Part shown: one piece after another, positions 49,367-59,536 of the stretch | Numbering within the stretch: position 1 is the first letter of the stretch | How the letters are laid out: the number at the start of each line of letters is the position of its first letter | From: a virus | Direction: 5' to 3' (one strand) | DNA length: 64,000 nucleotides | IMG/VR virus record: IMGVR_UViG_3300042448_001253 | Coordinates: 65,482 to 129,481 of that record | Program-made: the position numbers and the translations under genes | Notes under the pieces: model-generated | Databases searched by the model: none | Seen by the model: the letters and a program-made list of their open reading frames with translations, nothing else | Told to the model about the DNA's origin: nothing

Positions 49367-49858
49367 TTATACAAGTTTTTCAGGCAGACCACAAGCAACT
49401 CTCGCTTTTTGTAATCTACGCATTAAAGCCTGTGGTGTTGCGTAACTTCCAATCTCGCTAAGGTCAAGTGCTGAAACCTCAACTACAACTGGTCGCTTAC
49501 GAACTACGAACTGGTATGTAATCTGCTTGACCAGAGAACTCTCAAAGCGAGAAGTCATACTAACTGCTAACTCTTGTGCTGTGGTCTTTAGGATTGGCAT
49601 AGCCATTGACACAGCGTTATCTACAAGTTCCTTGTTAGATACATTAGAGAAGTTGATACGCCATTGTTTGCGTGGCGAACTCTCTGATACTGTGCGTGAG
49701 TGTAGAGCCATACGAACAAAGTTTCCCTTGTGGTCATACGCCTCTGGTGTTAGCAGGATTTGAGTAACCCTGTTTAGGTCGCCAACTGTCGGAACTAACT
49801 CTAGGTAGAGTGCTTTCCCAACGATTGTCTTTTCGTCTAGTGGTGCTGTTGTTGTCAT
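49367..49858 (-). CDS. Hypothetical protein
   Basis: 163-aa ORF with GAAAACGA upstream. Confidence 0.7.
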   Translation of the reverse strand: MTTTAPLDEKTIVGKALYLELVPTVGDLNRVTQILLTPEAYDHKGNFVRMALHSRTVSESSPRKQWRINFSNVSNKELVDNAVSMAMPILKTTAQELAVSMTSRFESSLVKQITYQFVVRKRPVVVEVSALDLSEIGSYATPQALMRRLQKARVACGLPEKLV

Positions 49859-49930
49859 TTCGTTTTCCGTTCGTTCGTTTGTTTTGTTGTTACTTGATGA
49901 TTAAACCATTAATGATTTCTTTTGTCAAGT

Positions 49931-50521
49931 CTATTCGCCAAGTTTTTTTAGCGTGGCGTTTATGAAGTCGTAAGCCTCTAATCGTCTGTCCTCTACGAAC
50001 TTCTTAATAGTTGCTTGGTGGTTCTCTACCCAGTAGGCAATAGCGTTAGTTTCATCTAGGTAGGTAGGGTTTCCAAAGTCGTCAGCGTTAAGGCTAGGTG
50101 CGTAACCTATCTCTGTGTATTTGACTATGTTCTCTTTGTCGCCAATCTGTATGCCATTGGCAAATGCCACTAGCGTTATGCCAGCAAATCCCCACCTCTG
50201 CTTTTCGTGTAGGTTTTTCTTGTATCTGTAATAGGTAGCAGACACGCTACTATCCCACTCTTTCTTATACCTAGATAGTTCCTCTTTGGTGTAGCCCTCA
50301 AAGAACTTAGCGTGGTCTGGGTTGTCTAGGTATGGCGAGTTGCCATACAGCCAGTTAATACCAATCAGAACCTCAAGACCCTCAATAGTTCCGAGGGTAT
50401 GTTCTTCGTTTAGAACTGCGTAGTGCTGTGGTGTCCAGCGTGTAACCCTATGGGTGTAAGGGTGTCTGGTAAGCGAGTAGTCGCCAACCTCAAGTGTTGC
50501 TGTCGTTGTTGTCATTGTCAT
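49931..50521 (-). CDS. Hypothetical protein, leaderless
   Basis: TTGACA-18-TAAGTT-7-ATG. Confidence 0.75.
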   Translation of the reverse strand: MTMTTTTATLEVGDYSLTRHPYTHRVTRWTPQHYAVLNEEHTLGTIEGLEVLIGINWLYGNSPYLDNPDHAKFFEGYTKEELSRYKKEWDSSVSATYYRYKKNLHEKQRWGFAGITLVAFANGIQIGDKENIVKYTEIGYAPSLNADDFGNPTYLDETNAIAYWVENHQATIKKFVEDRRLEAYDFINATLKKLGE

Positions 50522-50702
50522 ACCAGAGAACTTAGCACAGGTTTAGAAATCTTGTCAAGCGTGTCGGGAAATCTTTTTGTATTCATTTTTTCACAAAGTT
50601 TGCGTGAGGTTGTTGCTTTTTGGAAACCTGTGTGCTATCTTTGTATTAAGGAGTTAGTGGAAAGTTGGACGGGTCAGAAGCCCCTTCGGACTTAACTTCG
50701 GA

Positions 50703-50996
50703 TTAGTAAAGCAAGAACCCGTCATCATCAAGGTCGTCCTCGTCCTCGTCATCAAGGTCGTAGTCGTCTTCCGTTGCTGTCGGGTCAAACATTGGCAACG
50801 CACACTCGTAGCAGAGTGTCCACTGGTCATCTCCGTTGAGCACAATGGCGAACGGGTGGAAGTGTCCTAGCACTCCGACTTCCTCCGAGCAGTGCTCGCA
50901 GGGGTCAATGGCGAACGGTCCGTCAAGCAGGCCGCACTCTACGGCGGCGTCAATATCGCGGTCGGATTCAATCACGTGGATTTCTATATGTTGCAT
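50703..50996 (-). CDS. Very acidic Zn-finger protein
   Basis: CEHC, CYEC; D-rich tail. Confidence 0.7.
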   Translation of the reverse strand: MQHIEIHVIESDRDIDAAVECGLLDGPFAIDPCEHCSEEVGVLGHFHPFAIVLNGDDQWTLCYECALPMFDPTATEDDYDLDDEDEDDLDDDGFLLY

Positions 50997-51175
50997 GGTT
51001 GTATCTTATCCGTTAGTGAAAATGGTGTGTTGGGCAGGCCGTTTATTTTTTTTTATCATCGACTGTGGAAACTCATCCGTTGACTCTTAATGCAAAGTTA
51101 GTCCGGAAGCTGAGCTCGCAGCTGAGCTCGCCGTTAGTGCAAAGTTAATCCGCTGCCTGGTGCAGCGCTTGCCGG

Positions 51176-52036
51176 TCACTCTTGGACTGTGAACAAGCCC
51201 GTCTCAGAACCTAGCCGTTGAAGGCTAGCCCTATCAGGCACGCCGCTTGCGTCCTTGCCGACGTATCCGTTTGCCCGTTGCCATCTTTGGTAAGCAGACT
51301 CCGTTGATGAGTCCCAGACTCCGCGGGCCGCATCTTTCAAATCCGTCACCAGGGCTAGTGCTAACTGAACGGTTTCTATCTGGCGGTTGCGGTTGCCTGG
51401 CCGAACGGCAGCCAGGTTCACTGTCACATCCGTTGATGCAAAGTTGGGGATGGCGGCTTCGTCCAGGACTTCAGCAGCTCTGAGCTTTTCAATAACCTTA
51501 GTGAGAAGTTGGAAGCGGGCCGCTCCTTCAAACTCCAGGGGCCTGGCGAATGCGAGTACTTCCGTTGTGTGACGTATCCGTTGATAGACCCCGTCCATCT
51601 GAGTCGATGCGAACTTTGGATTACCACCCCGTGTGTTTCCTTCGACGCTCAGGAACTTACCCGTTAGGTGAAACTCACGTACGTCTACTACCACACCAAC
51701 ATGCGGCATCTCAAAAGCGCTTGCCGCGAATTCCTCAGCGGCTGCGAAGAACACGATGTCTCCAGGCAGCGGCTTAGTGCGAAGTTGACCATCCCGGATA
51801 AACTCAGCAAGTGCACTTGCCGTTTGGACGCATCCGGGTAACTTTACACTAGCTTCCCTGGCCGTCACATCAATGAAGGCACCAGCCCAAGGGAGGCCGT
51901 CATATCCAACCATCGCACCAAACTGATTACGCAGGCCGGCGTTTGCCTGGTACCCTACGTAACTCTTCACCGTTGCAACAAATTGTTCCCGCTTAGTGCG
52001 GGCCGGGGTATCCGGCATCTGGCTTCTTTTAAACAT
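51176..52036 (-). CDS. CHAP-fold amidase-like protein + C-terminal peptidoglycan-binding domain; catalytic Cys replaced by Ala
   Basis: LPWAGAF in place of PWC; PGDIVFF...HVGVV...SVEGNT; C-terminal QLAL...GVWD..T..AYQRWQ...G.PD..SL..L. Confidence 0.75.
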   Translation of the reverse strand: MFKRSQMPDTPARTKREQFVATVKSYVGYQANAGLRNQFGAMVGYDGLPWAGAFIDVTAREASVKLPGCVQTASALAEFIRDGQLRTKPLPGDIVFFAAAEEFAASAFEMPHVGVVVDVREFHLTGKFLSVEGNTRGGNPKFASTQMDGVYQRIRHTTEVLAFARPLEFEGAARFQLLTKVIEKLRAAEVLDEAAIPNFASTDVTVNLAAVRPGNRNRQIETVQLALALVTDLKDAARGVWDSSTESAYQRWQRANGYVGKDASGVPDRASLQRLGSETGLFTVQE

Positions 52037-52076
52037 TAATGCAAAGTCTTCCTGGTAGCTGCAGCGCTTCCGTCTT

Positions 52077-52253
52077 CTAGTGCTCTCCGTTGTTGAAAGA
52101 CCTGAGCATATCAAGAACCGTCTTCGCTTCTTCAGCAAGTGCACTAAGGCGAAGATGCTCGATGCGAGTCGAAGCATTCTCAATATCGCTTAGTACATTC
52201 TCGTAATGAAGGCTTGCCGCCTGGAGAATATCTTCGTAGCTGTAGCTTTGCAT
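52077..52253 (-). CDS. 58-aa hypothetical (not in track)
   Basis: MQSYSYEDILQAASLHYE...; TAATG coupling. Confidence 0.65.
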   Translation of the reverse strand: MQSYSYEDILQAASLHYENVLSDIENASTRIEHLRLSALAEEAKTVLDMLRSFNNGEH

Positions 52254-53155
52254 TAGTCCTTAGTCTCTTGTTCAGGGCTGCCGTCTTCAACAACTTCAGC
52301 ATCAATAGTTTCTGGTTCAGGGGAGAGTCTAGCAGATGCTTCCATCGCTGTAGTGGTCAACCGTTGCAAACGCTCAGCAATGATGCTGGCCGCTGGTCTT
52401 ACGTCAATGTTGACCGAGGTATCTACTTCAATACCACCACGTACTCCGGCACGGTCTAGTATCTCCGTTGCTGCTTTTAGCTTCACCGGCTCAGACTCAG
52501 CACTTTCCATTAAGTCTTCCAGGACATCAACGGCGTACGGGGCAGCTTGCATTAGCTTATTGCGAGCACGCTCAATGTCATCCGATGTCTTGTGTTTGGT
52601 GGAACGCAAATGTATACGGCACAGGCCGTCATCCTTTGGACGTCCGCTGGACCATAGCATACATCTGATTTGGTCGTCCTTGATTTGACGGCACCGATGG
52701 GGGAGGGCGAGCGGTTGGCGTTTTTCACTACGCGGGCCGCCTTCTTCTTGTTCCTTAATCCAAAGTCGAGAAGCGTGGATGACCCACGGTGGAACCAGGT
52801 AGTCCGTCTTCTCTTCTGCTATCAAATCCAGGCCCGTTAGGAAATCTGAGTTGCGGTTATCCGGGTCAACCATAATCGGTTTCTTTTCCGCAAGGGACAT
52901 GATGCGACGCTCGATAGTGCTTTGTTTAGAGCGGGCCCGTATTAGTCCAGTAGGGATACCGTTAGTGGAATATACAGGGTCCCAGTTTAACTTAGCCCTG
53001 CGTAAGACTTGCCGGTTCTCAAATGTATCCTCACACACGCCTTTGTCAACTTCTTCGATTCCGATTTCGGAAAGGTCAGGCCTGAGGTCAAGCGGTTCGT
53101 CGATTACGTATTCAGCACGGTCGTCATCGTTATTTTCAAAAAGCTCGATTGACAT
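52253..53155 (-). CDS. Hypothetical, possibly terminase small subunit-like
   Basis: C..IK....RC...GLCRIH followed by ARNKLMQAAPYAVDVL...KLKAATEILDRAG and C-terminal IDAEVVE. Confidence 0.45.
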   Translation of the reverse strand: MSIELFENNDDDRAEYVIDEPLDLRPDLSEIGIEEVDKGVCEDTFENRQVLRRAKLNWDPVYSTNGIPTGLIRARSKQSTIERRIMSLAEKKPIMVDPDNRNSDFLTGLDLIAEEKTDYLVPPWVIHASRLWIKEQEEGGPRSEKRQPLALPHRCRQIKDDQIRCMLWSSGRPKDDGLCRIHLRSTKHKTSDDIERARNKLMQAAPYAVDVLEDLMESAESEPVKLKAATEILDRAGVRGGIEVDTSVNIDVRPAASIIAERLQRLTTTAMEASARLSPEPETIDAEVVEDGSPEQETKD

Positions 53156-53394
53156 TGCATTAATCCTTAATGTAAAGAAGACGACTCCGTTAGCTGGGGA
53201 GAGGTCTGTAACGGAGTCGCCTTCGCTACAAGTTTACCAGACGCCAGTAATGTTATCGGTCTTCGATTTATGGTACAAGTTGTTTACTTAAGTTCGAGGG
53301 AGAGTTTATCTCGGACGAAATTTTTGCGAGTGGAGGGGCTGACGGCAGCCTTTTCACCTCTCATAAACAACAATCAAACTATAACACCGTTTCA

Positions 53395-53659
53395 TTACTT
53401 TGTTTTGAAGATAGTGAATCGTCCGTTTTTATCTCTAAAGATGGTTTTTATGGTAGCACGAGCCGATTCGGACTTGGCTTTCTCTGCCCATTTTTGTGCT
53501 CTAATGACATCGCCAAGCCGAACATAGCCGGGGCTTGCGGTTTCTAAGTATCCGTTCTCTATCCAGTTGTAGATAGTCTTTACGGTTACATCTAGTTGTT
53601 TTGCGGCTACTGCAATCTTTAGTGTTTGCTCGCCGTCTTGGTCTTGCGGTCTCTGCATA
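53395..53659 (-). CDS. MerR/excisionase-like HTH protein
   Basis: IAVAAKQLDVTVKTIYNWIENGYL; start probably MQRPQ (53659). Confidence 0.7.
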
Positions 53660-54011
53660 CGAAGTTTCCTTGTTCGTCTCGTGGTTGAGTTAGGTACGCA
53701 GTTGAACTGAACGCACCCTTGTTCATCCACAGTCTATCACGAACTTCGAATAAATCCTCAAGGTAGACGTATTGGTGTGCCCCCTCGATTCGTGGAACAA
53801 GTCCCCAACTAATCCAGTTATGGATGGTAGATGGGGACCTGCCTACGAGTTTAGAACCAATGCCTACTTTGACTTTGGTTTTTTCGGGGTTGGCTTGGCA
53901 GGTGTAGGTTTTACCGCCTTTGCCTTTGAGACTGCCTTTGTTCCTGATACTGGTGGTTTCTTGGTTGCAGGCTTTATTGGTGCTGTCTTCTTTGTGGTCT
54001 TGCATAAGCAC
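53619..54011 (-). CDS. MerR/excisionase-like HTH protein (start uncertain)
   Basis: GSKLVGRSPSTIHNWISWGLVP...VYLEDL. Confidence 0.55.
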   Translation of the reverse strand: MLMQDHKEDSTNKACNQETTSIRNKGSLKGKGGKTYTCQANPEKTKVKVGIGSKLVGRSPSTIHNWISWGLVPRIEGAHQYVYLEDLFEVRDRLWMNKGAFSSTAYLTQPRDEQGNFVCRDRKTKTASKH

Positions 54012-54304
54012 TGTTTCTTTCCGCAGTTGTGGTCGTATGCCTTATCCTCGTTTAGTTGGATAGTTTGTTTCTTAGGCTTTGGCACTGGGTTGTTGTGAAT
54101 CCTGTTTCCTTCGTCAACCAGTTCTTGAGTTAGTTCAGCAATGAACTTATCAATCGAGGTCTCTGTCTTCTCCAGAATCCATCTGCCCTTGTCGTCCCTC
54201 GAAATCGAGTCCTTCACTAGTGAGACTTTCTTCGCTGGTCCGTGCTGGTTGGTTAGTGGTCTGTTTCTTTTGAATAGCTTCCGCCATACGTTTTTCATTT
54301 TCAT
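53864..54304 (-). CDS. Lys/Pro-rich basic hypothetical
   Basis: RDDKGRW motif; histone-like KP-rich tail. Confidence 0.6.
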   Translation of the reverse strand: MKMKNVWRKLFKRNRPLTNQHGPAKKVSLVKDSISRDDKGRWILEKTETSIDKFIAELTQELVDEGNRIHNNPVPKPKKQTIQLNEDKAYDHNCGKKQCLCKTTKKTAPIKPATKKPPVSGTKAVSKAKAVKPTPAKPTPKKPKSK

Positions 54305-54512
54305 CCTTAGTTTCGTTATTTACTATGACTGCTATTGGGACCCAGTCTGCGTTGCATTCGCAACCACAGACCCAGAGTTTTTCATAGTAGCCAATTTCTC
54401 CTCGACACCCTGAGTGTTGAGACGTGGAACAATATCCACAACTCTCGTATGGTATCACAACTCTTTCCCCAGACCAAGTACTTCCGGGAACTCCTAAACT
54501 ACTTTTCGCCAT
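54150..54512 (-). CDS. Possible small Cys-rich protein
   Basis: CGYC...C...CGCEC; long overlap with the next gene makes boundaries doubtful. Confidence 0.35.
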   Translation of the reverse strand: MAKSSLGVPGSTWSGERVVIPYESCGYCSTSQHSGCRGEIGYYEKLWVCGCECNADWVPIAVIVNNETKDENEKRMAEAIQKKQTTNQPARTSEESLTSEGLDFEGRQGQMDSGEDRDLD

Positions 54513-55011
54513 GCTCTAAAGCGTTCAGGATAAGTTCAGTTCTATCCTCGTGGTCAGTGTGTAGGTATACAAACTTATCAGACAAAGCATCCGCTAACCC
54601 TAAGGTCATGCTGTCAATGTTCACATCCCACATACTTCTTAGAGTCTGCCTAATGTTTACCTTGAAGAATACGTAGTGGTCCTTGTACCCCCTAGTGTCT
54701 CCCAAAGACCAGTTGGATTCTATGACAACGCCATCCAACTTCCCAAAGTAGTTATCTACTCTTGCTCTCATAACCTCAGCCAGAAGTTCAATCTTCTGAA
54801 GATTTACTACATGCTCTCCAGAACCCTCAATGCCGCCTCTGGTCTGTGCTTGCTCGTCTACACAGGCAAACAACAACTCGTAGATAGAACCTGTTGTTGT
54901 ATCTAGTTCTGGGTACACTGGCTCGAAAGTACTTTTCGTATCTTCTATAAAACCATCCCTGATGTCTTTACCTAGGTGTGTGCCACCCGCAAAATCATTT
55001 ACTCTTGACAT
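54499..55011 (-). CDS. Hypothetical protein
   Basis: TAATG coupling. Confidence 0.7.
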   Translation of the reverse strand: MSRVNDFAGGTHLGKDIRDGFIEDTKSTFEPVYPELDTTTGSIYELLFACVDEQAQTRGGIEGSGEHVVNLQKIELLAEVMRARVDNYFGKLDGVVIESNWSLGDTRGYKDHYVFFKVNIRQTLRSMWDVNIDSMTLGLADALSDKFVYLHTDHEDRTELILNALEHGEK

Positions 55012-55469
55012 TACATTTTCCTCCTGCAGTCATCACAGACCAAAGCGTTGTAGGCACTAGGCTCACTCAACTCTGCTCCATCTTCGTTTACTGGTACTGG
55101 ACTTAGTCTCTTCTCTTCAGAGCATACATCACATTTCATTTCAATCAACCACTCCATACCAATACCAGCAGCATGAGCAGCAGCCATCCCCTGACTCAAA
55201 GCATGGAACGGACCACCACCAGTAGTCTTTCTCAAGAATGCTCTAGCGTTATCAACTTTCAACACTAGTCTGATTTCAGAACAAGGGCATCTATGTCTAG
55301 CGGCTTTACACACAGCCCTATCTCGAACATACTCATGTCTCTTGTTTGGATGTCCACATAAACAAATGCGACCATCTCTTGCTTTACCATCCTCAACCTT
55401 AGCCAAGGCTTCATTAGCCTCATCCTCGGAGAAGTTCAAAAATTCAAATGCGTTTTCATTCATAGCCAT
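55011..55469 (-). CDS. Cys-rich Zn-binding hypothetical
   Basis: CLCGH..H...C...CPC; CDVC...CDDC. Confidence 0.75.
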   Translation of the reverse strand: MAMNENAFEFLNFSEDEANEALAKVEDGKARDGRICLCGHPNKRHEYVRDRAVCKAARHRCPCSEIRLVLKVDNARAFLRKTTGGGPFHALSQGMAAAHAAGIGMEWLIEMKCDVCSEEKRLSPVPVNEDGAELSEPSAYNALVCDDCRRKM

Positions 55470-55727
55470 ATCCTTACATTAATCACTCGCAATGTCAAAT
55501 CCGACATGCTCCACCAACTAAACAACTTATTTATCTAAATATCTAAACTCACTGAAAATGCGGGAGGTACGAAAATCATATCACAACTCCAGCACAACTA
55601 AACCAACTTACTTAACTAAAACACACTGAATAACAAAACTCACTAAATATCTGCTAACCCCCACGAGCAACTTTCATACGCGTAGTACAAGTTTAGTTAC
55701 TTTAGTTATTTAGTTAACATTTAAGGA

Positions 55728-55956
55728 CATACTAACACTTTTTGCAATAAAACTATTTACATTTTCCGCTAGTATCTACCCATACATACTAACACTTTTT
55801 GCATCAAAACTCATCACATTTTTCGCTAGTATCTTTTTCTCACCCCCTAAAAGATACTAACACTTCCCAGCAAGTTTTTTATTATTTGCCGCTAGTATCT
55901 AACTGACATACTAACACTTTTCACACACTCAAAACTTTTATTTTCTGCTAGTATCT
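55728..55956. repeat. Four ~60-bp imperfect tandem units ATACTAACACTT...GCTAGTATCT
   Basis: Left motif at 55728, 55785, 55853, 55907; right motif at 55768, 55825, 55891, 55947; in the divergent intergenic region. Confidence 0.9.
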
Positions 55957-56047
55957 TTTCACACAACCCACTCTCAACTTCCAAAAAACGAACTCAAACT
56001 CACCCCAAACACGACTCACTGAACCCCCAACGAAGTATAATTGAGAC

Positions 56048-56266
56048 ATGGAACTAGGCCAAAAAGAGCTTTTAGAAGCACTTATAGAGAGAGTGAATCT
56101 CTGCTCTGAGGTCGTCCAGAACGTCCACAAGCAACTTGAGGAACCAGAAACACCTGACGAAAAGGCTGACCTTCTTATAGCAGTAGAGTATCTCGCTAAA
56201 GATGTGTTCGCCCTATTACTTACAACTAAAGACCTTGTCTGGGGAGAAGAACCGACAGAGGAATAG
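56048..56266 (+). CDS. Acidic hypothetical
   Basis: 72-aa ORF; TATAAT at 56036-56041, 6 nt before ATG (leaderless). Confidence 0.75.
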   Translation: MELGQKELLEALIERVNLCSEVVQNVHKQLEEPETPDEKADLLIAVEYLAKDVFALLLTTKDLVWGEEPTEE

Positions 56267-59103
56267 TGCCAAAGCACAATGCTAACGAGGGAGAGCGTTG
56301 TACTTACAAAGAAACACCTAGAGACAGAAGAAGCAAAAGACCGCTGTTATTTTCCATAACAACGGCCTTTATTTTGCTATCTCCGACAGCAGCGACTAGC
56401 GTCGCCCTCGCTTCTTTGTCTTACGATACTGAACGTATGCAGCCACAAAAATCAGCACTAGGGCTGATAACCAACCAACAGTCAGTCCTACCCAAAAGCT
56501 ATCGAGATTTACTGTTACCTCGTACATCTTTAACTCCTTCCGAGAGTGATATTAACAGGATTGAGTCTAGCATAACCCAAACCCAAAAACAACTAGACAC
56601 ACTCTCTCAACAACTCCCTAAGGACCAAACCCAACTCACAGCCCTACAAGCAGCCATTGAAGTAGTTCAGGCTAGACTCGACCAACTAAACGCCAACCTA
56701 AAGACAGCCAAAGAAAACTACGCCCAATACCTAAAAGCCCAGTCCACCCTATCCTCTGCCCTAGACAAATACAATGCAGCCGTTCTCAACGAGAAGAACC
56801 TTACCCTTGCTCTAACCCAAGCAACCTTTAACTATGACACTGCCCTAGCAGCACTCAACAACCAAATAGCAATAACTGCCTCTGCCAAGGAAGCACTAGA
56901 CACAGCACGCTCAGCCTTCACCCAAGCAACTTCAGAACTAAACCAAGAACGCCAAGCACTCTCGCTTCAGGAACTACTCACTACTAATGCAAAGTCTCAG
57001 CTCGACTCAGCTTCCAGCAACAACCAAACACTAACTCAACTTTACAATAACGCAAGCGAAGCACACTCAGAAGCCCAGGCAGCACTAACCCAGGCAGACT
57101 TCTCACTAAGCCAAGCACAGGCAGCATACAACCAGGCACAGACTAATCTAAACCAGGCACAGTCAAACTACGACAACAACCTTATCCCTGACCCCAACTG
57201 GACAGCACCTACCTACCAAAAAGAGAACACCCGTTTAGTTCCTTACACCGAGATTCAGTTAGTTAGAACACTTGTTCCAAGAACCACATACATAACCACA
57301 GGCGGAATCAAAGCAGAGGTCTTCGACCGCAGAGGGTATAACAATGCCCCACCTCTACCTACTCAGAACGAAGTACCAATCCACACAGAAACAGTTCAGG
57401 AAATTAACTTCAACTGGGGTTCAGGACAGGTTCTAAACTCTGGACGCTCTGAGGATGTCATTGTTCGCTTTACTGGGAACATTATGGTTCCACAGGACGG
57501 CTACTACCAGTTCTACTCCCCAGCAGATGACGGAACCAAACTCAACATCGCAGGCATGGACCTAACCGAAGACTGGTACGACAAAGGCGGAGGCGGAACT
57601 ATCTCTGACCCAGTATTCATTAGAGCAGGAATCCTCTACCCATTCACCCTCCACTACTACGAAAACGGAGGTGGTGCTAATGTCTCCCTCCAGACCTACA
57701 GCCCACAGCAAGGGTTCAACGTTCTACCATCTACTTGGCTAGGTACATCAGTAAGGGAAGAAACAACTTACGAAGAAGTCATTACTTACGAAGAAGTTAC
57801 CAAGTACAGAGAAGAAATCTACTACACCACAGAACCAGTCCTTATCGAAGGCACCCTCCAAGTAAAGATTAACGAAGGCGGCCAAGCAACCTTCACGGCC
57901 CCAGAAGGCTCAACCTTTACAAGAAGCAACCTACGCTACGAGGCAGTTGACCGACCAGAGTGCGGCGTAGACATCAACCCACCAGTAAAGGGCCAAACCC
58001 AAGTAACCATCTCTGCCGACAACTCAGTCTGGGGTGACCCTTGTGGTGGCTGGTACAAGCACATCACAGGAACCATCTCCTACCTTGGACAGCCAACAGC
58101 CCCACTCATCAAGAACCCTGCTCTACTTGCACCTCTACAAGAAGCACAGGTTGCTAAAGACTTAGCACTACTAAACCTCCAGCAAGAACAATCAAAGCAA
58201 GAAGCGTCTCAGGAGAGTTTTAGCACTGCCACCCAACTTCTCACTAACGCACAGGAAGCACTAAACAACTCAGATGCTGCCCTGGAAGAAGCAAATCAGG
58301 CTTATTTAGAAGCTCAAACCCAACTTTCTACTAACAAATCTAAAGTTGCAGAAGCAGAACAAAAAACGAATACAGCACAAGAAGACTTATCTTCTAAAGA
58401 GTCTGCCCACACTTCTAACGAACAAACCCTACTTACTAACCAACAAACAGAGCAGTCAGCCCTAGCAACTAAAACCTCCACCGAAACTCAACTATCTACC
58501 GCTAAGTCCATAACAATAGCAACCTCCACTGAAAAGACCGCAGCCGAAGCACAACTGACTACAACTGAAACAGAAACAGCAACTGCCTACCAGACGCTCG
58601 CAACCATACCTCTACCTGACCTAACACCAGTCCAGCAAATCCTAGACATAGAGCCAACCCCAGAACCAGAACTAGAAGAACAGGGTTCAGCAGAGATTCC
58701 AGCAGTCATTGAGAACCTAATGGACATCAACCTTGAAGCCGTTGACCCTACAGAACTGACCGAAGCACAAGCAGAACAACTAGTAGCAGCAGCCCTAGAA
58801 ACCTTCGAGACAGCCACAGAAGGCTCACCAGAGTACGAACAGGCTCTCGACGCTCTATTCCTTGCAGCCCAGCAAGACGACATAGAGGTTGACCCTGCAC
58901 TAGCAGACATCCCAGGAGTTGGACAAGCAGCCGCTGCAGTAGTTGCAATCTTCAACTTAGTTGGCAACGTTGGTGCCGACATCTCCCCAGAGAAACGCAA
59001 AGAGGCTCAGACCCTCGTTGTAACCACCCTAGTTGTTGGGCAGATAGCCCAAGCTGCTGCAATGGCTTCAGCCACATCAGCAAGTTCATTTAGAAGAAAG
59101 TAG
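56266..59103 (+). CDS. 945-aa exported/membrane coiled-coil protein with PA14 domain
   Basis: N-terminal hydrophobic segment; long heptad regions; INFNWGSG...VRFTG.I..P.DG.YQF....DDG..L...LHYYENGGGA (PA14); C-terminal hydrophobic helices. Confidence 0.8.
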   Translation: MPKHNANEGERCTYKETPRDRRSKRPLLFSITTAFILLSPTAATSVALASLSYDTERMQPQKSALGLITNQQSVLPKSYRDLLLPRTSLTPSESDINRIESSITQTQKQLDTLSQQLPKDQTQLTALQAAIEVVQARLDQLNANLKTAKENYAQYLKAQSTLSSALDKYNAAVLNEKNLTLALTQATFNYDTALAALNNQIAITASAKEALDTARSAFTQATSELNQERQALSLQELLTTNAKSQLDSASSNNQTLTQLYNNASEAHSEAQAALTQADFSLSQAQAAYNQAQTNLNQAQSNYDNNLIPDPNWTAPTYQKENTRLVPYTEIQLVRTLVPRTTYITTGGIKAEVFDRRGYNNAPPLPTQNEVPIHTETVQEINFNWGSGQVLNSGRSEDVIVRFTGNIMVPQDGYYQFYSPADDGTKLNIAGMDLTEDWYDKGGGGTISDPVFIRAGILYPFTLHYYENGGGANVSLQTYSPQQGFNVLPSTWLGTSVREETTYEEVITYEEVTKYREEIYYTTEPVLIEGTLQVKINEGGQATFTAPEGSTFTRSNLRYEAVDRPECGVDINPPVKGQTQVTISADNSVWGDPCGGWYKHITGTISYLGQPTAPLIKNPALLAPLQEAQVAKDLALLNLQQEQSKQEASQESFSTATQLLTNAQEALNNSDAALEEANQAYLEAQTQLSTNKSKVAEAEQKTNTAQEDLSSKESAHTSNEQTLLTNQQTEQSALATKTSTETQLSTAKSITIATSTEKTAAEAQLTTTETETATAYQTLATIPLPDLTPVQQILDIEPTPEPELEEQGSAEIPAVIENLMDINLEAVDPTELTEAQAEQLVAAALETFETATEGSPEYEQALDALFLAAQQDDIEVDPALADIPGVGQAAAAVVAIFNLVGNVGADISPEKRKEAQTLVVTTLVVGQIAQAAAMASATSASSFRRK

Positions 59104-59111
59104 AACAACCC

Positions 59112-59306
59112 ATGAAAAAAGCATTCAAATTCATAGGCGAACTATTCAAAGACATCCTTGACCAAGCATGGACCCTACTCGGTCTTGCTCTTGGTTGGGT
59201 GCTTCTTGAGGGTTCAGCCAGAGAAATTGTAGGGAAACTAATCGGAATCACCCTACTCATTTGGATAATCACATTCCCTATTAGAAGAGAGAAAGAAGAT
59301 GATTAA
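59112..59306 (+). CDS. Small 2-TM protein, holin-like
   Basis: Two TM helices and charged C-terminus; upstream of an M23 peptidase. Confidence 0.55.
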   Translation: MKKAFKFIGELFKDILDQAWTLLGLALGWVLLEGSAREIVGKLIGITLLIWIITFPIRREKEDD

Positions 59307-59499
59307 GTATCTAAAGGCTTACTACTCCCTAAAGCAAGAAGATATAACTCCCCTTGCTCTAGCGTCTTGGCGTGAGTACATCAAGGGCAAGAAGCGTATC
59401 TACAACATGGACGTCTGCACTAGATACCAGCAAGCGTTCACTCACTCCTACCGCCACGAATACGCTAAGTCCCAACTAGCAGTTCTCAAACAGCGGTAA
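59299..59499 (+). CDS. Hypothetical protein
   Basis: Overlaps upstream gene. Confidence 0.55.
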   Translation: MIKYLKAYYSLKQEDITPLALASWREYIKGKKRIYNMDVCTRYQQAFTHSYRHEYAKSQLAVLKQR

Positions 59500-59536
59500 A
59501 ATTAGACGTAACCCTCAAACGTAAGGAGACATAATA

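Noticed and set aside
53176-53225. Long hairpin as an ncRNA
   Set aside because: Followed by Us downstream of 53395; adequately explained as an intrinsic terminator.
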